The translations under genes and the position numbers were made by a program. A stretch of DNA of 44,786 nt from Candidatus Binatia bacterium (GTDB lineage: Bacteria > Desulfobacterota > Binatia > Bin18): NCBI GenBank assembly GCA_025057295.1, contig JANWXO010000003.1:1-44786 (forward strand), read 5' to 3'. Of the stretch, positions 18,013 through 26,767 are shown piece after piece. A model generated the notes under the pieces. That model had not been told where the DNA came from, searched no databases, and saw only the letters and a program-made list of their open reading frames with translations. Numbering within the stretch: position 1 is the stretch's first letter; every line of letters begins with the position of its first letter.

Positions 18013-19470
18013 ATGAGAACTGCTCACTTCTTTGCGCTGTTGTTGCTCCCGGCGGAGCACGCTGGCGAGCCAGTGGACAAAACTCCTGCTGCACAAGCGA
18101 TGCCCGGAGAGGACATCGACTCTTTTGCCTTCTTCTGCGGGACGGTTGTTGTTCCCGCCACTGCCCTCCCAGCAGATGAAAGTGCGGAGATGATCTCCTT
18201 TACAGGAGAAGAGACAGAATACCTGACGGCGGTCAGAGGACACAGAACAGGCGAAGGCGCTGGATTGCCGTATGTCCAGCCAGATGGTTTCCTGCCGCCT
18301 CATGGGGACGACTCTGCAAGCCTGCCTGGAACCGTGCTTGCCGTCTGTCCCGTATCTGACGAGGACATGGGCCGGAGTAAAGCCGACAGATTCTCGCTCG
18401 CGGGGGTGGAGGCTGAAGGTGTCTCGCGTGTGGACAACCGCTCTCTTCCCACCACCGACGGGGGGCGACTTGGCTCTCTCTCTTCCGCAAGCAGCCCTGA
18501 GTCTGGGCCTGACCCCCAGCCAATCTTCTCACGCGCAAGCAGACGGGAAACGGCACATGCACGGGAGGTGGAGCTTTTTGGGGCCGGAGCGGACGAGGCA
18601 AACGGATCCGTGCAGCGAGAACCCCTCTACTTGGTGAGCAGCCCGAGTGGATCTGGATTCTCATGGCCGCACGGCGACAGGATCGGTGCGCACGAGCAGG
18701 GGCAACCGATCGGGCCGACAACGCCGGTTCCTGGCCTGCGTCTCCCATCGGCTGCGCAGGACAGGGAACACCTCCAAGAGAAGAGACCTAGTGGCGATCT
18801 TGTCGGCGATCCCGATCCCACCCTGTTTTCCTCCCCCCCGCAGCCGGCAAGAGTCCTTGAGAAAACGGAACGGCTCAGTCCCTTCCTTCCCGCTGCCGGA
18901 GGTGCGGACCCTGGTGTGAGAAAGCGGGTAAGTCGAGAAGTAGAAGGATGGAGTGGAGCGGAGAACAGCATCGTGGGCACGCTACCGCCTGGTGCTGTGC
19001 AGCACTTGTCCGCTCGTCTTGCGCCCGCCCCATCGTTTGCTTCTTCTGGGTTCTGGCAGACCTTGGTCGAACACGTCGCAGGAGAGATGTCCGCCCATAT
19101 TCATCAGCAGAGCCACGAGGTCCTGCTCCAGCTCGAGCCGCCGGAGCTGGGGCGATTGCGCATCGACCTCGTGCTCGAAGGAGAGAAAGTACAGGCTCGC
19201 ATTCTCGCCGAGGTCGCGGAAGCTGGGACCCTGCTGCAGGTCCATCTGGATGAACTCAAGACCGCTCTCCGGCAGCATAACCTCGAGTTGAGCAATGTGC
19301 AGGTGGATGTGAGCGGGTGGGACGGTGGGAGAGATCTGCCAGCCGATTCCCAACCGCACGCGAGAGCCCGTGACGACCGCGCCCCGCAGCCCAGAGTCTC
19401 GGAGTGGTCGCCTCCGGCGACGAGAGGAGACGACCCCGGGCAACGCGCAGGTATCGACCTGTGGGTATAG
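18013..19470 (+). CDS. fliK: Flagellar hook-length control protein FliK
   Basis: ORF 17896..19470. ATG 18013 follows GGTGGGGGA. It has a Pro/Ser/Gly-rich central region and the C-terminal Flg_hook domain LQLEPPELGRLRIDLVLEGEKVQARILAE. The start is uncertain. Confidence 0.75.
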   Translation: MRTAHFFALLLLPAEHAGEPVDKTPAAQAMPGEDIDSFAFFCGTVVVPATALPADESAEMISFTGEETEYLTAVRGHRTGEGAGLPYVQPDGFLPPHGDDSASLPGTVLAVCPVSDEDMGRSKADRFSLAGVEAEGVSRVDNRSLPTTDGGRLGSLSSASSPESGPDPQPIFSRASRRETAHAREVELFGAGADEANGSVQREPLYLVSSPSGSGFSWPHGDRIGAHEQGQPIGPTTPVPGLRLPSAAQDREHLQEKRPSGDLVGDPDPTLFSSPPQPARVLEKTERLSPFLPAAGGADPGVRKRVSREVEGWSGAENSIVGTLPPGAVQHLSARLAPAPSFASSGFWQTLVEHVAGEMSAHIHQQSHEVLLQLEPPELGRLRIDLVLEGEKVQARILAEVAEAGTLLQVHLDELKTALRQHNLELSNVQVDVSGWDGGRDLPADSQPHARARDDRAPQPRVSEWSPPATRGDDPGQRAGIDLWV

Positions 19471-19545
19471 CAGCCCTGAGTGGCTCCTGCGCGGTGAGTG
19501 TCTCTTCGCACGGGAACAGGTGCGGATGAAGAGGAGAGATCGACC

Positions 19546-20211
19546 ATGGAGCTCCAATCGATCAGCCCGGCAGGATCAGGACAGCAGGGAGGGATGACTG
19601 CTGCGGCAGGAGCCATCACCCAGGACGCCTTTCTCCATCTTTTGATCGTGCAGCTTCAGAACCAAGATCCATTGAACCCGCTCGATAACCAGGAATTTAT
19701 CGCCCAGCTGGCGACCTTCAACAGCCTCGATCAACTGATCGGCATCAACGCCAAGCTGGACACTCTGCGGACAGAGCAGCTGCGACTGGGCCAGCTCGAG
19801 GCTACGGCGCTGATCGGCAAAGAGATCCGTGCGCAAGGAAACCAGCTGGATCTCGGTCGCGGAGAGGAAGTCGAGCTCCGCTATCGCTTGGCGGCTGACG
19901 TCGCGCGGGTGGTTATCAATATCACTGATAGCGAGGGGACACTCGTCCGCACGCTCGAGCTGGGAGCTCAGACGAGCGGAGAGCAGCGCGTGGTGTGGGA
20001 CGGCAAGGATAACATGGGGAATCCTCTGGATTCGGGGATGTATACCTTCGAGGTCAATGCCTTCGACATCAACGGGGGCAGTGTAGCGGGTACGACTTTT
20101 CTCCAGGGGGTCGTGACAGGGGTAGACATGACTGGCAGTGAACCCATCCTCACCATCGGCGATCTCCAGGTTCCGGTGAGCGCGGTGATGGGGGTGCAGG
20201 CGCGTGCATAA
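19546..20211 (+). CDS. flgD: Flagellar hook assembly/capping protein FlgD
   Basis: ATG 19546 follows GAGGAGAG. FLHLLIVQLQNQDPLNPLDNQEFIAQLATFNSLDQL is the FlgD signature, and a FlgD Ig-like C-terminal half is present. Confidence 0.9.
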   Translation: MELQSISPAGSGQQGGMTAAAGAITQDAFLHLLIVQLQNQDPLNPLDNQEFIAQLATFNSLDQLIGINAKLDTLRTEQLRLGQLEATALIGKEIRAQGNQLDLGRGEEVELRYRLAADVARVVINITDSEGTLVRTLELGAQTSGEQRVVWDGKDNMGNPLDSGMYTFEVNAFDINGGSVAGTTFLQGVVTGVDMTGSEPILTIGDLQVPVSAVMGVQARA

Positions 20212-20244
20212 CAGCGAATCGAAAGAACGTGCGAAGGAGCAGAT

Positions 20245-21540
20245 ATGTCGATCACAAGTTCGTTGCATATCGGTGTTACAGGACTCCTGGCGCATAGCAG
20301 GTCCTTATCGGTCATTGGCAACAATGTCGCCAACGTCAACACGATTGGATATAAAGCGACGCGGGCCGAATTTGCCAACCTCCTGAGTACCCTGGAGGGC
20401 AATGTGGAGATCGGCAGAGGAGTCATACTGGCTGGGATCACCCCCCTCTTTTTGCAGGGGGCGCTGCAGACGACGGGGAATGTCACGGACCTCGCTATCC
20501 AGGGACGAGGGCTCTTTATCGTGCGCGACAGCGAGGGCAGTCCTTTCTATACGCGGGCTGGGCAGTTCCACTTGGATAAGAACGGGATCTTGGTCAATCC
20601 GCAAGGGTTCGCTCTCCAGGGGTTTCCAGTGGATGAGACGGGCAAGCCTCTGGGAGGATTGGGCGATATCGTCCTTGACTCGGGTCAGATCCTCCCGGCA
20701 TCAGCGACCACCAGTATCGGTCTGGTCGTGAACCTCAATGCCGCGGCGACGACCCCTACTGGGGACTGGCCCGGAGGGAGTGGGACCGATGCTCCCCCAG
20801 GCGATTGGCTGGCGGCGAGCAATTTCTCGACTATCGTCACGGTGTACGATTCCTTAGGACAGGCCCACGAGCTCACCTTTCTCTTTCGCAAGACCGATGC
20901 GAACACCTGGGAGTATCGTGCAGTGATCCCCATCGTTGATGTCCAGACGGATCCGACGGATCCCGAGAACTGGATCGCCGTGGGGGAGGGAAGCTTAGTG
21001 TTTAACGACGATGGGACCCTCGACCCAGACAACAGCACGATCAACGACATCACGATCAGTGGGTTTGTCAACGGCGCTGCCGATCTCACGGTACTCGCTG
21101 ACGATCTCAGTTTTGTCGGCTCTACCCAGTTCGCACGTGCCTCCTCGGTCTTTCTAGTGCGGCAGGATGGGTTCTCGGCTGGCACGCTGACGGGGATCGC
21201 GATCAACGCGCAAGGTCTGGTGATCGGCCAGTTTTCCAATGGCAGTACACGCGCGCTTTATCAGATTGCCCTCGCTGACTTCCCCAGTGAGGAGAGGCTC
21301 GCCAACATCGGTGGCAACCTGTTCGCGCAGACCTTTGAGTCGGGCAACGTCCGTATCGTTGGCACGCCGGGAACCGGCGTGTTCGGTTCGCTCGTATCGG
21401 GCGGGCTGGAACTGTCCACCGTGGATATCACCCAGGAGTTTGCCAACTTGATCAGTTCGCAGCGCGGCTTTCAGGCAAACTCGCGGATGATCACGGTGGC
21501 AGACCAGATGTATGACGAGGTCGTCAACCTCAAGCGGTAA
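20245..21540 (+). CDS. flgE: Flagellar hook protein FlgE
   Basis: The N-terminus has GNNVANVNTIGYKATR and the C-terminus has ISSQRGFQANSRMITVADQMYDEVVNLKR. Confidence 0.9.
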   Translation: MSITSSLHIGVTGLLAHSRSLSVIGNNVANVNTIGYKATRAEFANLLSTLEGNVEIGRGVILAGITPLFLQGALQTTGNVTDLAIQGRGLFIVRDSEGSPFYTRAGQFHLDKNGILVNPQGFALQGFPVDETGKPLGGLGDIVLDSGQILPASATTSIGLVVNLNAAATTPTGDWPGGSGTDAPPGDWLAASNFSTIVTVYDSLGQAHELTFLFRKTDANTWEYRAVIPIVDVQTDPTDPENWIAVGEGSLVFNDDGTLDPDNSTINDITISGFVNGAADLTVLADDLSFVGSTQFARASSVFLVRQDGFSAGTLTGIAINAQGLVIGQFSNGSTRALYQIALADFPSEERLANIGGNLFAQTFESGNVRIVGTPGTGVFGSLVSGGLELSTVDITQEFANLISSQRGFQANSRMITVADQMYDEVVNLKR

Positions 21541-21602
21541 GCGCTGGGTGCATCGCCTGTGATTGGTTGACACATCCCAAGGCTGCGGACCGTACATGGC
21601 CA

Positions 21603-21618
21603 TGGCATCCGTTTTGCA
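21603..21618 (+). promoter_or_regulatory. sigma54 (-24/-12) promoter upstream of fliMN
   Basis: TGGCAT-ccgtt-TTGCA lies in the 221-bp flgE-fliM spacer. Confidence 0.7.
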
Positions 21619-21635
21619 CTTTCCAGGAGCACGAG

Positions 21636-21662
21636 CAAAGATTCTCCGTTTTCTGCCGATGA
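21636..21662 (+). promoter_or_regulatory. sigma28-like promoter upstream of fliMN (tandem to the sigma54 promoter)
   Basis: CAAAGATT-N11-GCCGATGA compares with the consensus TAAAGTTT-N11-GCCGATAA at 6/8 and 7/8, with exact spacing. Confidence 0.45.
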
Positions 21663-21761
21663 TTCTGTAGCGAGAAGCGCTCCGCCTGTATGGCAGAGAC
21701 GGAGAATTGACAGCGAAGACGACTCTCTGACAGGAGTCCGTGGGACGGTAGACGGATAGCC

Positions 21762-22751
21762 ATGGCCCAGATCCTCTCGCAGGATGAAGTGGATGCCCTG
21801 CTCCAGGCGTTGCAGCAGGAAGGGCAGCAGAGTGAGGGTTTTCCTGACTCGGAGGCAACGCCTCAACCGTATGACTTTCGCCGCGGTAGTGCGTCGCTCT
21901 ACGGTCGCTTGCCCGGCCTGGAGATGATTCTCAGTAAGTTTGCCCGCCGCTTGCGCAACCTGTTCGTGTCCGAGCTGGGCAAATCGGTCGATACCAACCT
22001 GGGTGCACTCGACACCGTGCTGTATGAAGAATCGATCAAACGCATCCCCCTGCCCAGCAGTATCCATCTCGTGCGCCTTGACCCGCTGCGCGGCCTGGGG
22101 GTGTTTGTCATCGAAGCGCGCCTCGCCTATGCCATGATCGATGTGTTTTTCGGCGGCACCGGCCAGCGGCTGGCCAAGGTGGAGGGGCGTGACTTTACGC
22201 CGATCGAGACCACCTTCTTGGGGAAGTTCGTCGGCAAAATGTTGCACGCGATGGAGGAGGCCTGGCAACCGGTGGTGCAGCTGAGCGGGCATTATCTGCG
22301 CTCGGAAATGAACCCGTATCTTTTGGGCGCGACAGCTACCGGAGATGTGATGATCGTCGCCACCTATCGCATTGATATGGCACAGGTGAGCGGGAATATT
22401 CTCTTTTCTCTCCCCTTGTCTGCCTTGAGCGAGGTGCGGGATCAGCTGAAGACCCCTTTTCGTACGCCAGGGGGCGACGGCGACTATGACCACAGTAGCA
22501 GTGTCAGTCGGGTATCTCCTCACCTGCGTACCCATCTGCTGCAGTCACCCGTGTCCCTCCAGGCGGTGGTGGGAACGATAGAGCTCAGCCTCCGGCAGGT
22601 CTTGCAGCTCCGTCCAGGCGATGTGATCCAACTCGGGCCTCATGCCATGGAGCAGGTCGAGCTGTGGGTGGAAGGGAAGCCGCGCTTTCGTGGCCGTGGT
22701 GCCCAGAGGAACGGAGTCAAAGTTTTTGTGGTATCGGGGCGGCATGAGTGA
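21762..22751 (+). CDS. fliM: Flagellar motor switch protein FliM
   Basis: It has the N-terminal CheY-P binding peptide LSQDEVDALL, a FliM middle domain, and a C-terminal SpoA-like region. Confidence 0.9.
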   Translation: MAQILSQDEVDALLQALQQEGQQSEGFPDSEATPQPYDFRRGSASLYGRLPGLEMILSKFARRLRNLFVSELGKSVDTNLGALDTVLYEESIKRIPLPSSIHLVRLDPLRGLGVFVIEARLAYAMIDVFFGGTGQRLAKVEGRDFTPIETTFLGKFVGKMLHAMEEAWQPVVQLSGHYLRSEMNPYLLGATATGDVMIVATYRIDMAQVSGNILFSLPLSALSEVRDQLKTPFRTPGGDGDYDHSSSVSRVSPHLRTHLLQSPVSLQAVVGTIELSLRQVLQLRPGDVIQLGPHAMEQVELWVEGKPRFRGRGAQRNGVKVFVVSGRHE

Positions 22752-22826
22752 CGGCGGTTGCGAGAAGCACCGAGCGGGGAGGTGGCACGAAGGTTTTTGC
22801 CTATCGCCAGGGGGAGAGGAGACGCG

Positions 22827-23135
22827 ATGGAACAGGACACAAAAGAGCAGGAACAGCGAGCGAGCCGCACGGAGCTGATCGATCTCTCGTTGTTGTTGGA
22901 CATTCCCTTGCAGGTGACCGTGGAGTTGGGGCGGGCGCGGATGACGATCGATAACCTTCTCAAACTGGGGCAGGGGTCGGTCGTGGAACTCGACCGCGTC
23001 GCCGGCGAGCCGCTGGACATCTATGTCAATCACAAGCTCGTCGCGCGCGGCGAGGCGGTGGTGATCAAAGAAAAATTCGGCGTGCGGATTATCGATATCG
23101 TCAGTCCGGAAAAGCGACTGGAGAACTTACAGTGA
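22827..23135 (+). CDS. fliN: Flagellar motor switch protein FliN
   Basis: ATG 22827 follows GGAGAGGA within ORF 22758..23135. The SpoA domain reads LLLDIPLQVTVELGRARMTIDNLLKLGQGSVVELDRVAGEPLDIYVN. Confidence 0.9.
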   Translation: MEQDTKEQEQRASRTELIDLSLLLDIPLQVTVELGRARMTIDNLLKLGQGSVVELDRVAGEPLDIYVNHKLVARGEAVVIKEKFGVRIIDIVSPEKRLENLQ

Positions 23136-23139
23136 ACCT

Positions 23140-23907
23140 TTAGGGGTCGCGCAAGATCAAAATACTGATGCGACGATTGGCGGGGTTGAATGGGTTGTCA
23201 GGAAACAACAGAGAGCTATCCGCATGACCGCTCACACGCGCGATTCGCGTCGAAGGGATACCCATGCCTTCCAGAGCACGGCGTGCGTTGAGGGCGCGGG
23301 CGGTCGATAACTCCCAGTTCGAGTAGAACGCACTGTCCCGATAGGGACGGGCATCTGTGTGGCCACTGATCGCTATCTTGTGCGGCAGGGGCTGTACCTT
23401 CTGCGCGATCATTTCCAGAACCCGCAGCAACAGCGGGGTTAATTGGGCGCTGCCCACCGCGAAGAACGCCTGTTGGTCTTTGTCCATCAGGTCGATCAGC
23501 AGTCCTTCGGGGGTGAGGTGGAGCTGAATCTGATCCTGGATGGTCAGGTATTCAGCGAGACCGTGAAACTCTGCTCGGAGCTGTCCCTGCAGTTGTTCCA
23601 AACTGAAGGGAGAGGCAGGCTCTCCCACAAGAGGTGTAGCGGCAGGATGCACTCCCTTCCCTTCGGGGAACAGAGAGCCGGCCGTCGTTTCAAACACGCC
23701 CGGGTCACGGAAGTACTGGGCCAGCCCAGCCTTCAAAGTCGGGTCGGCCGAGGCGATAATCCACAGCACGATAAACAGGGCCATCATGGCGGTGACGAAG
23801 TCGGCGTAGGCAACCTTCCAGGCTCCCCCATGGTGACCACCATGCTTGCCATGGACCTTTTTGATCACGATCTGCGGTTTGTGCTCTTCGGCCTTTTTCT
23901 GGCTCAT
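23140..23907 (-). CDS. motB: Flagellar stator protein MotB (OmpA-like peptidoglycan anchor)
   Basis: It has a single TM with the conserved Asp (WKVAYADFVTAMMALFIVLW) and a C-terminal OmpA-like domain (ISGHTD..SNWELSTARA..NRRISILIL). Confidence 0.9.
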   Translation of the reverse strand: MSQKKAEEHKPQIVIKKVHGKHGGHHGGAWKVAYADFVTAMMALFIVLWIIASADPTLKAGLAQYFRDPGVFETTAGSLFPEGKGVHPAATPLVGEPASPFSLEQLQGQLRAEFHGLAEYLTIQDQIQLHLTPEGLLIDLMDKDQQAFFAVGSAQLTPLLLRVLEMIAQKVQPLPHKIAISGHTDARPYRDSAFYSNWELSTARALNARRALEGMGIPSTRIARVSGHADSSLLFPDNPFNPANRRISILILRDP

Positions 23908-23932
23908 CTCTAGTGTCCTGCCATCAGGCGTG

Positions 23933-24796
23933 CTAAGGCTGCGCTTTCACTCCCCTGCAGGACTCTTCCAGCTCGGCTGCAGACGGGCGCTCGCCACTGA
24001 AGATGACCCGACGGGCATACTCGACGGCGATGATCGGTGCAGCCCCGTGCAGGTAGGAGAGGAGGCCAATCTTGATGCATTCGAGATATTTTTTCTCTTC
24101 TTGAGCCAGCATCTCCATCTTGGTCGCGAGGGGTTGGAACAAGCCATAACAGCAGAGGACCCCGACAAAAGTGCCGACCAGGGCCGAGGCGATTTTGTGG
24201 CCGATCACTTCCGGCCCCTGATCGATAGACTGCATCGTAATGATGATCCCCAGGACGGCTGCCACGATCCCTAACCCGGGGAGGGCGTCTGCCACTTTCG
24301 CCACCAGCGCTGCCGGACGATGACTTTCCTCTTCGTAGGTGGCAAGTTCCTCGTCCATCAGGTGCGCCAGCTCGTCTGCCTTGGCGGAGCCGCTCACGAT
24401 CAGCCGCAGCGAATCGCACAACAAATTGCGCGCTGCCTGGTTGGCAAGAAAGGTAGGGTACTTGGAGAAGAGCGGACTGCTGCTCGGGTCGTCGATGTCT
24501 TTTTCGACCGCCATGTCGCCATTCTTGCGCATGGTCGAGAAGAGCTCGAACATCAGGTGGAACAGCTCCATATAATGCGCTTTGGTGAGACCGGAACCGG
24601 TGAGCGCCTTGAGCACGCGCGCAAAGATGGCGTTGAGCACCTTGCCCGGGGCAGCGACGATCAGACTGCCCAGCGCCGCTCCGCCAATAATGATAAATTC
24701 TGAGACCTGGATGAGCAGGCTGAGCACTCCCCCGTGCATCAAAAACCCTCCGATAATGGAGCCAAAGACGACGATATAGCCGATGACGGTTAGCAT
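23933..24796 (-). CDS. motA: Flagellar stator protein MotA
   Basis: It is a four-TM MotA/ExbB-type channel protein (MLTVIGYIVVFGSIIGGFLMHGG.., ..GIVAAVLGIIITM..ALVGTFVGVLCCYG) and is followed by motB. Confidence 0.9.
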   Translation of the reverse strand: MLTVIGYIVVFGSIIGGFLMHGGVLSLLIQVSEFIIIGGAALGSLIVAAPGKVLNAIFARVLKALTGSGLTKAHYMELFHLMFELFSTMRKNGDMAVEKDIDDPSSSPLFSKYPTFLANQAARNLLCDSLRLIVSGSAKADELAHLMDEELATYEEESHRPAALVAKVADALPGLGIVAAVLGIIITMQSIDQGPEVIGHKIASALVGTFVGVLCCYGLFQPLATKMEMLAQEEKKYLECIKIGLLSYLHGAAPIIAVEYARRVIFSGERPSAAELEESCRGVKAQP

Positions 24797-24865
24797 GCCG
24801 CCCTTCCCACCTGCTTTTGCCTCCGGGAGTACCCCTCCATTGCCTGTTCAGACCCCGTGAAGAAA

Positions 24866-24892
24866 CGATCGTCAACTCTCGGGGAAACTTTA
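24866..24892 (-). promoter_or_regulatory. sigma28 promoter of motAB
   Basis: The minus strand reads TAAAGTTT-ccccgagagtt-GACGATCG. The -35 matches 8/8, the spacer is the exact N11, and the -10 keeps the CGAT core. It lies about 70 nt upstream of the motA ATG. Confidence 0.65.
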
Positions 24893-24952
24893 AGCGGGGC
24901 GCGCCTTGCAGGGGATCCGCACAGTGCACCGGGATCACATGACGTGACTGCT

Positions 24953-24977
24953 CTTTGTCAAAGGATTGACAATTGTC
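24953..24977. promoter_or_regulatory. Cluster of overlapping dyads in the motA/fliL divergent region (candidate enhancer)
   Basis: CTTTGtCAAAG (24953-24963), GTCAaaggatTGAC (24957-24970) and GACAATTGTC (24968-24977) overlap one another. TTCTTTGAC recurs at 24983-24991. Confidence 0.4.
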
Positions 24978-25098
24978 CCGACTTCTTTGACAGCGGCGAC
25001 AGCCTGCCTTTCCCCACAGTCCGCCGTCTCTGACCTGCCAGCACCTGTCCATGCGGGAATCACCTGTATCCTGCATCGTCTTCTCAGAATTACACCGT

Positions 25099-25114
25099 TG
25101 GCATAGCGCTTGCG
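25099..25114 (+). promoter_or_regulatory. sigma54 (-24/-12) promoter of the fliL-fliOPQR-flhBAFG-fliA operon
   Basis: TGGCAT-agcgc-TTGCG lies 43 nt upstream of ATG 25157, with the SD AAGGAG at 25139-25144. Confidence 0.75.
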
Positions 25115-25156
25115 AACTCTCCGCTCTACAGGACGACCAAGGAGTAGCCACCCGGT

Positions 25157-25645
25157 ATGGCGATGAAGAACAAGCTCGTGCTCATAGGGGGCATAGTCGT
25201 GGTCGGGGTCGGAGCCGCCGCGTTTTTTGCCAAGGACTTCTTGACGGGTGGGCATGACGCTCAGGAGGTTGCTGCCGCCGATCACCAGCACGCCGCGCCG
25301 CATAGCCCGCATCAGGAAGGGGGAAAAGGTCACGGCGAGAAGCAGGCCGCAGAGACGCGCCTGGATCCCTTCGTGGTGAACCTCGCCGACCAGCCGGGGC
25401 GGCGCTATCTGCGCACCACGCTGCAACTCGTGCTCCATCAGCCGCAGGACAAAGAGCGGGTGGAGCAGGCCACGCCGCGGGTGCGCGATGCGGTGTTATT
25501 GCTCCTCAGCAGTAAGAGAGCAGAGGAGTTGCTCACCGTAGAGGGGAAGACCCAACTCCGCGAGGAGATCCTCAAGCAGATCAATACCACCATCGGCAAA
25601 GAGACCGTCGCGGCAGTGTATTTTGTGGATTTCCTCATCCAGTAA
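25157..25645 (+). CDS. fliL: Flagellar basal body-associated protein FliL
   Basis: It has a single N-terminal TM (LVLIGGIVVVGVGAAAFF) and the FliL core FVVNLADQPGRRYLRTTLQLVL..VYFVDFLIQ. Confidence 0.85.
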   Translation: MAMKNKLVLIGGIVVVGVGAAAFFAKDFLTGGHDAQEVAAADHQHAAPHSPHQEGGKGHGEKQAAETRLDPFVVNLADQPGRRYLRTTLQLVLHQPQDKERVEQATPRVRDAVLLLLSSKRAEELLTVEGKTQLREEILKQINTTIGKETVAAVYFVDFLIQ

Positions 25646-25673
25646 AACACCCCAGAAGCCTCACGGAACGACA

Positions 25674-26048
25674 ATGGGACAGACCATAGCCAGTGTTGCG
25701 CTGTTGCTCATGAGCGTGGTGGCGTGTGGCCTGGTTGTTCGTCGCTGCCGGCAATGGAGTGGACGGGGAGCCGCCGTCGGCCATTCGCTGCAGCACCTCG
25801 GTACCGTGGCGCTGACTCCCTCGTGTTCGGTCGCCCTGGTACAGGTTGGACGCGAGACGTTGGTGCTGGGACTCACCTCGCAGAGCGTTACGCTGCTGAC
25901 AACACTCGTCCAGCGAGCGGCAACCGACGCATCTCGAGACCCCTATACGCCAGCGAGAGCCTGCCAGCACTGTATCCAGGTCGGGAATGGAAAGGGACTG
26001 TCGGAAGAAGGGGCAGATCGGTTTCTGCCGCTGGAGAGGACGATATGA
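25674..26048 (+). CDS. fliO: Flagellar biosynthesis protein FliO
   Basis: ATG 25674 within ORF 25623..26048. It has an N-terminal TM, then LQHLGTVALTPSCSVALVQVGRETLVLGLTSQSVTLL (FliO-like core). Its stop overlaps the fliP ATG (ATGA). Confidence 0.6.
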   Translation: MGQTIASVALLLMSVVACGLVVRRCRQWSGRGAAVGHSLQHLGTVALTPSCSVALVQVGRETLVLGLTSQSVTLLTTLVQRAATDASRDPYTPARACQHCIQVGNGKGLSEEGADRFLPLERTI

Positions 26049-26767
26049 ATCCGGACATCTTCCCGCGGCTGGGCGAGAGCGTGGCAAAAGGCACAGAAGT
26101 CAGTACCGCCCTCGAGATTCTCTTTCTTCTGACCCTGCTCTCGCTGGGGCCGTTCCTGCTCATTACCCTGACCTCTTTCACTCGTATTGTCATCGTGCTC
26201 TCCTTTTTGCGCCAGGCGCTCGGCACTCAGCAGTCCCCTTCCAACCATATCATTCTGGCGCTGGCGCTGTTTCTCTCTTTCTATGTGATGGCGCCGGTGT
26301 GGCAGCGGATTGAAAGCGACGCCGTCGTGCCCTACCTCCAGCGTCGGATCGGCCCACAGGAGGCACTGACGCGTGCGTGGCACCCGTTACGGGAGTTTCT
26401 GCGCAAACAAACGCGGCCAGCGGATCTCGCGCTCTTTGCCGAAATGCGCAGCAGACAGGCGGCATCCAACCCTGCGGAGGGAGTCTCTCCTGGCGGCGGC
26501 GAGGGCAAAACGGAGAACATCGAGGAGACGGCGGTGATTTTGCTGCCGGCCTTCATGATTTCCGAACTGAAGACAGCTTTCCAAATGGCGTTCTTGTTGT
26601 ATGTGCCGTTCTTGGTCTTGGATCTGGTCGTGGCGGCGGTGTTGATGTCGATGGGGATGATGTTTCTCCCCCCGGTGCTCGTCTCTCTCCCGTTCAAATT
26701 GGTCTTGTTCGTCCTGGTCGACGGCTGGAACCTCTTGGTGGAATCTTTGGTACGGAGCTTTGTATGA
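26045..26767 (+). CDS. fliP: Flagellar type III export gate protein FliP
   Basis: ATG 26045 within ORF 25724..26767. Motifs: LTSFTRIVIVLSFLRQALGTQQSPSN, PAFMISELKTAFQMAFLLYVPFLVLDLVVA. Confidence 0.92.
   Translation: MNPDIFPRLGESVAKGTEVSTALEILFLLTLLSLGPFLLITLTSFTRIVIVLSFLRQALGTQQSPSNHIILALALFLSFYVMAPVWQRIESDAVVPYLQRRIGPQEALTRAWHPLREFLRKQTRPADLALFAEMRSRQAASNPAEGVSPGGGEGKTENIEETAVILLPAFMISELKTAFQMAFLLYVPFLVLDLVVAAVLMSMGMMFLPPVLVSLPFKLVLFVLVDGWNLLVESLVRSFV

Noticed and set aside
22784-22803. TGGCAC followed by TTGC just upstream of fliN.
   Set aside because: The spacer is 8 nt instead of 5, which is incompatible with sigma54 -24/-12 geometry. fliN is most simply co-transcribed with fliM.
23910-25151. 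A 413-aa minus-strand ORF spanning motA in another frame and running through the motA/fliL intergenic region.
   Set aside because: The motA frame (23933..24796) has the unmistakable MotA sequence. This frame is Arg/Gly/Pro-rich and would run over both mapped promoter motifs.
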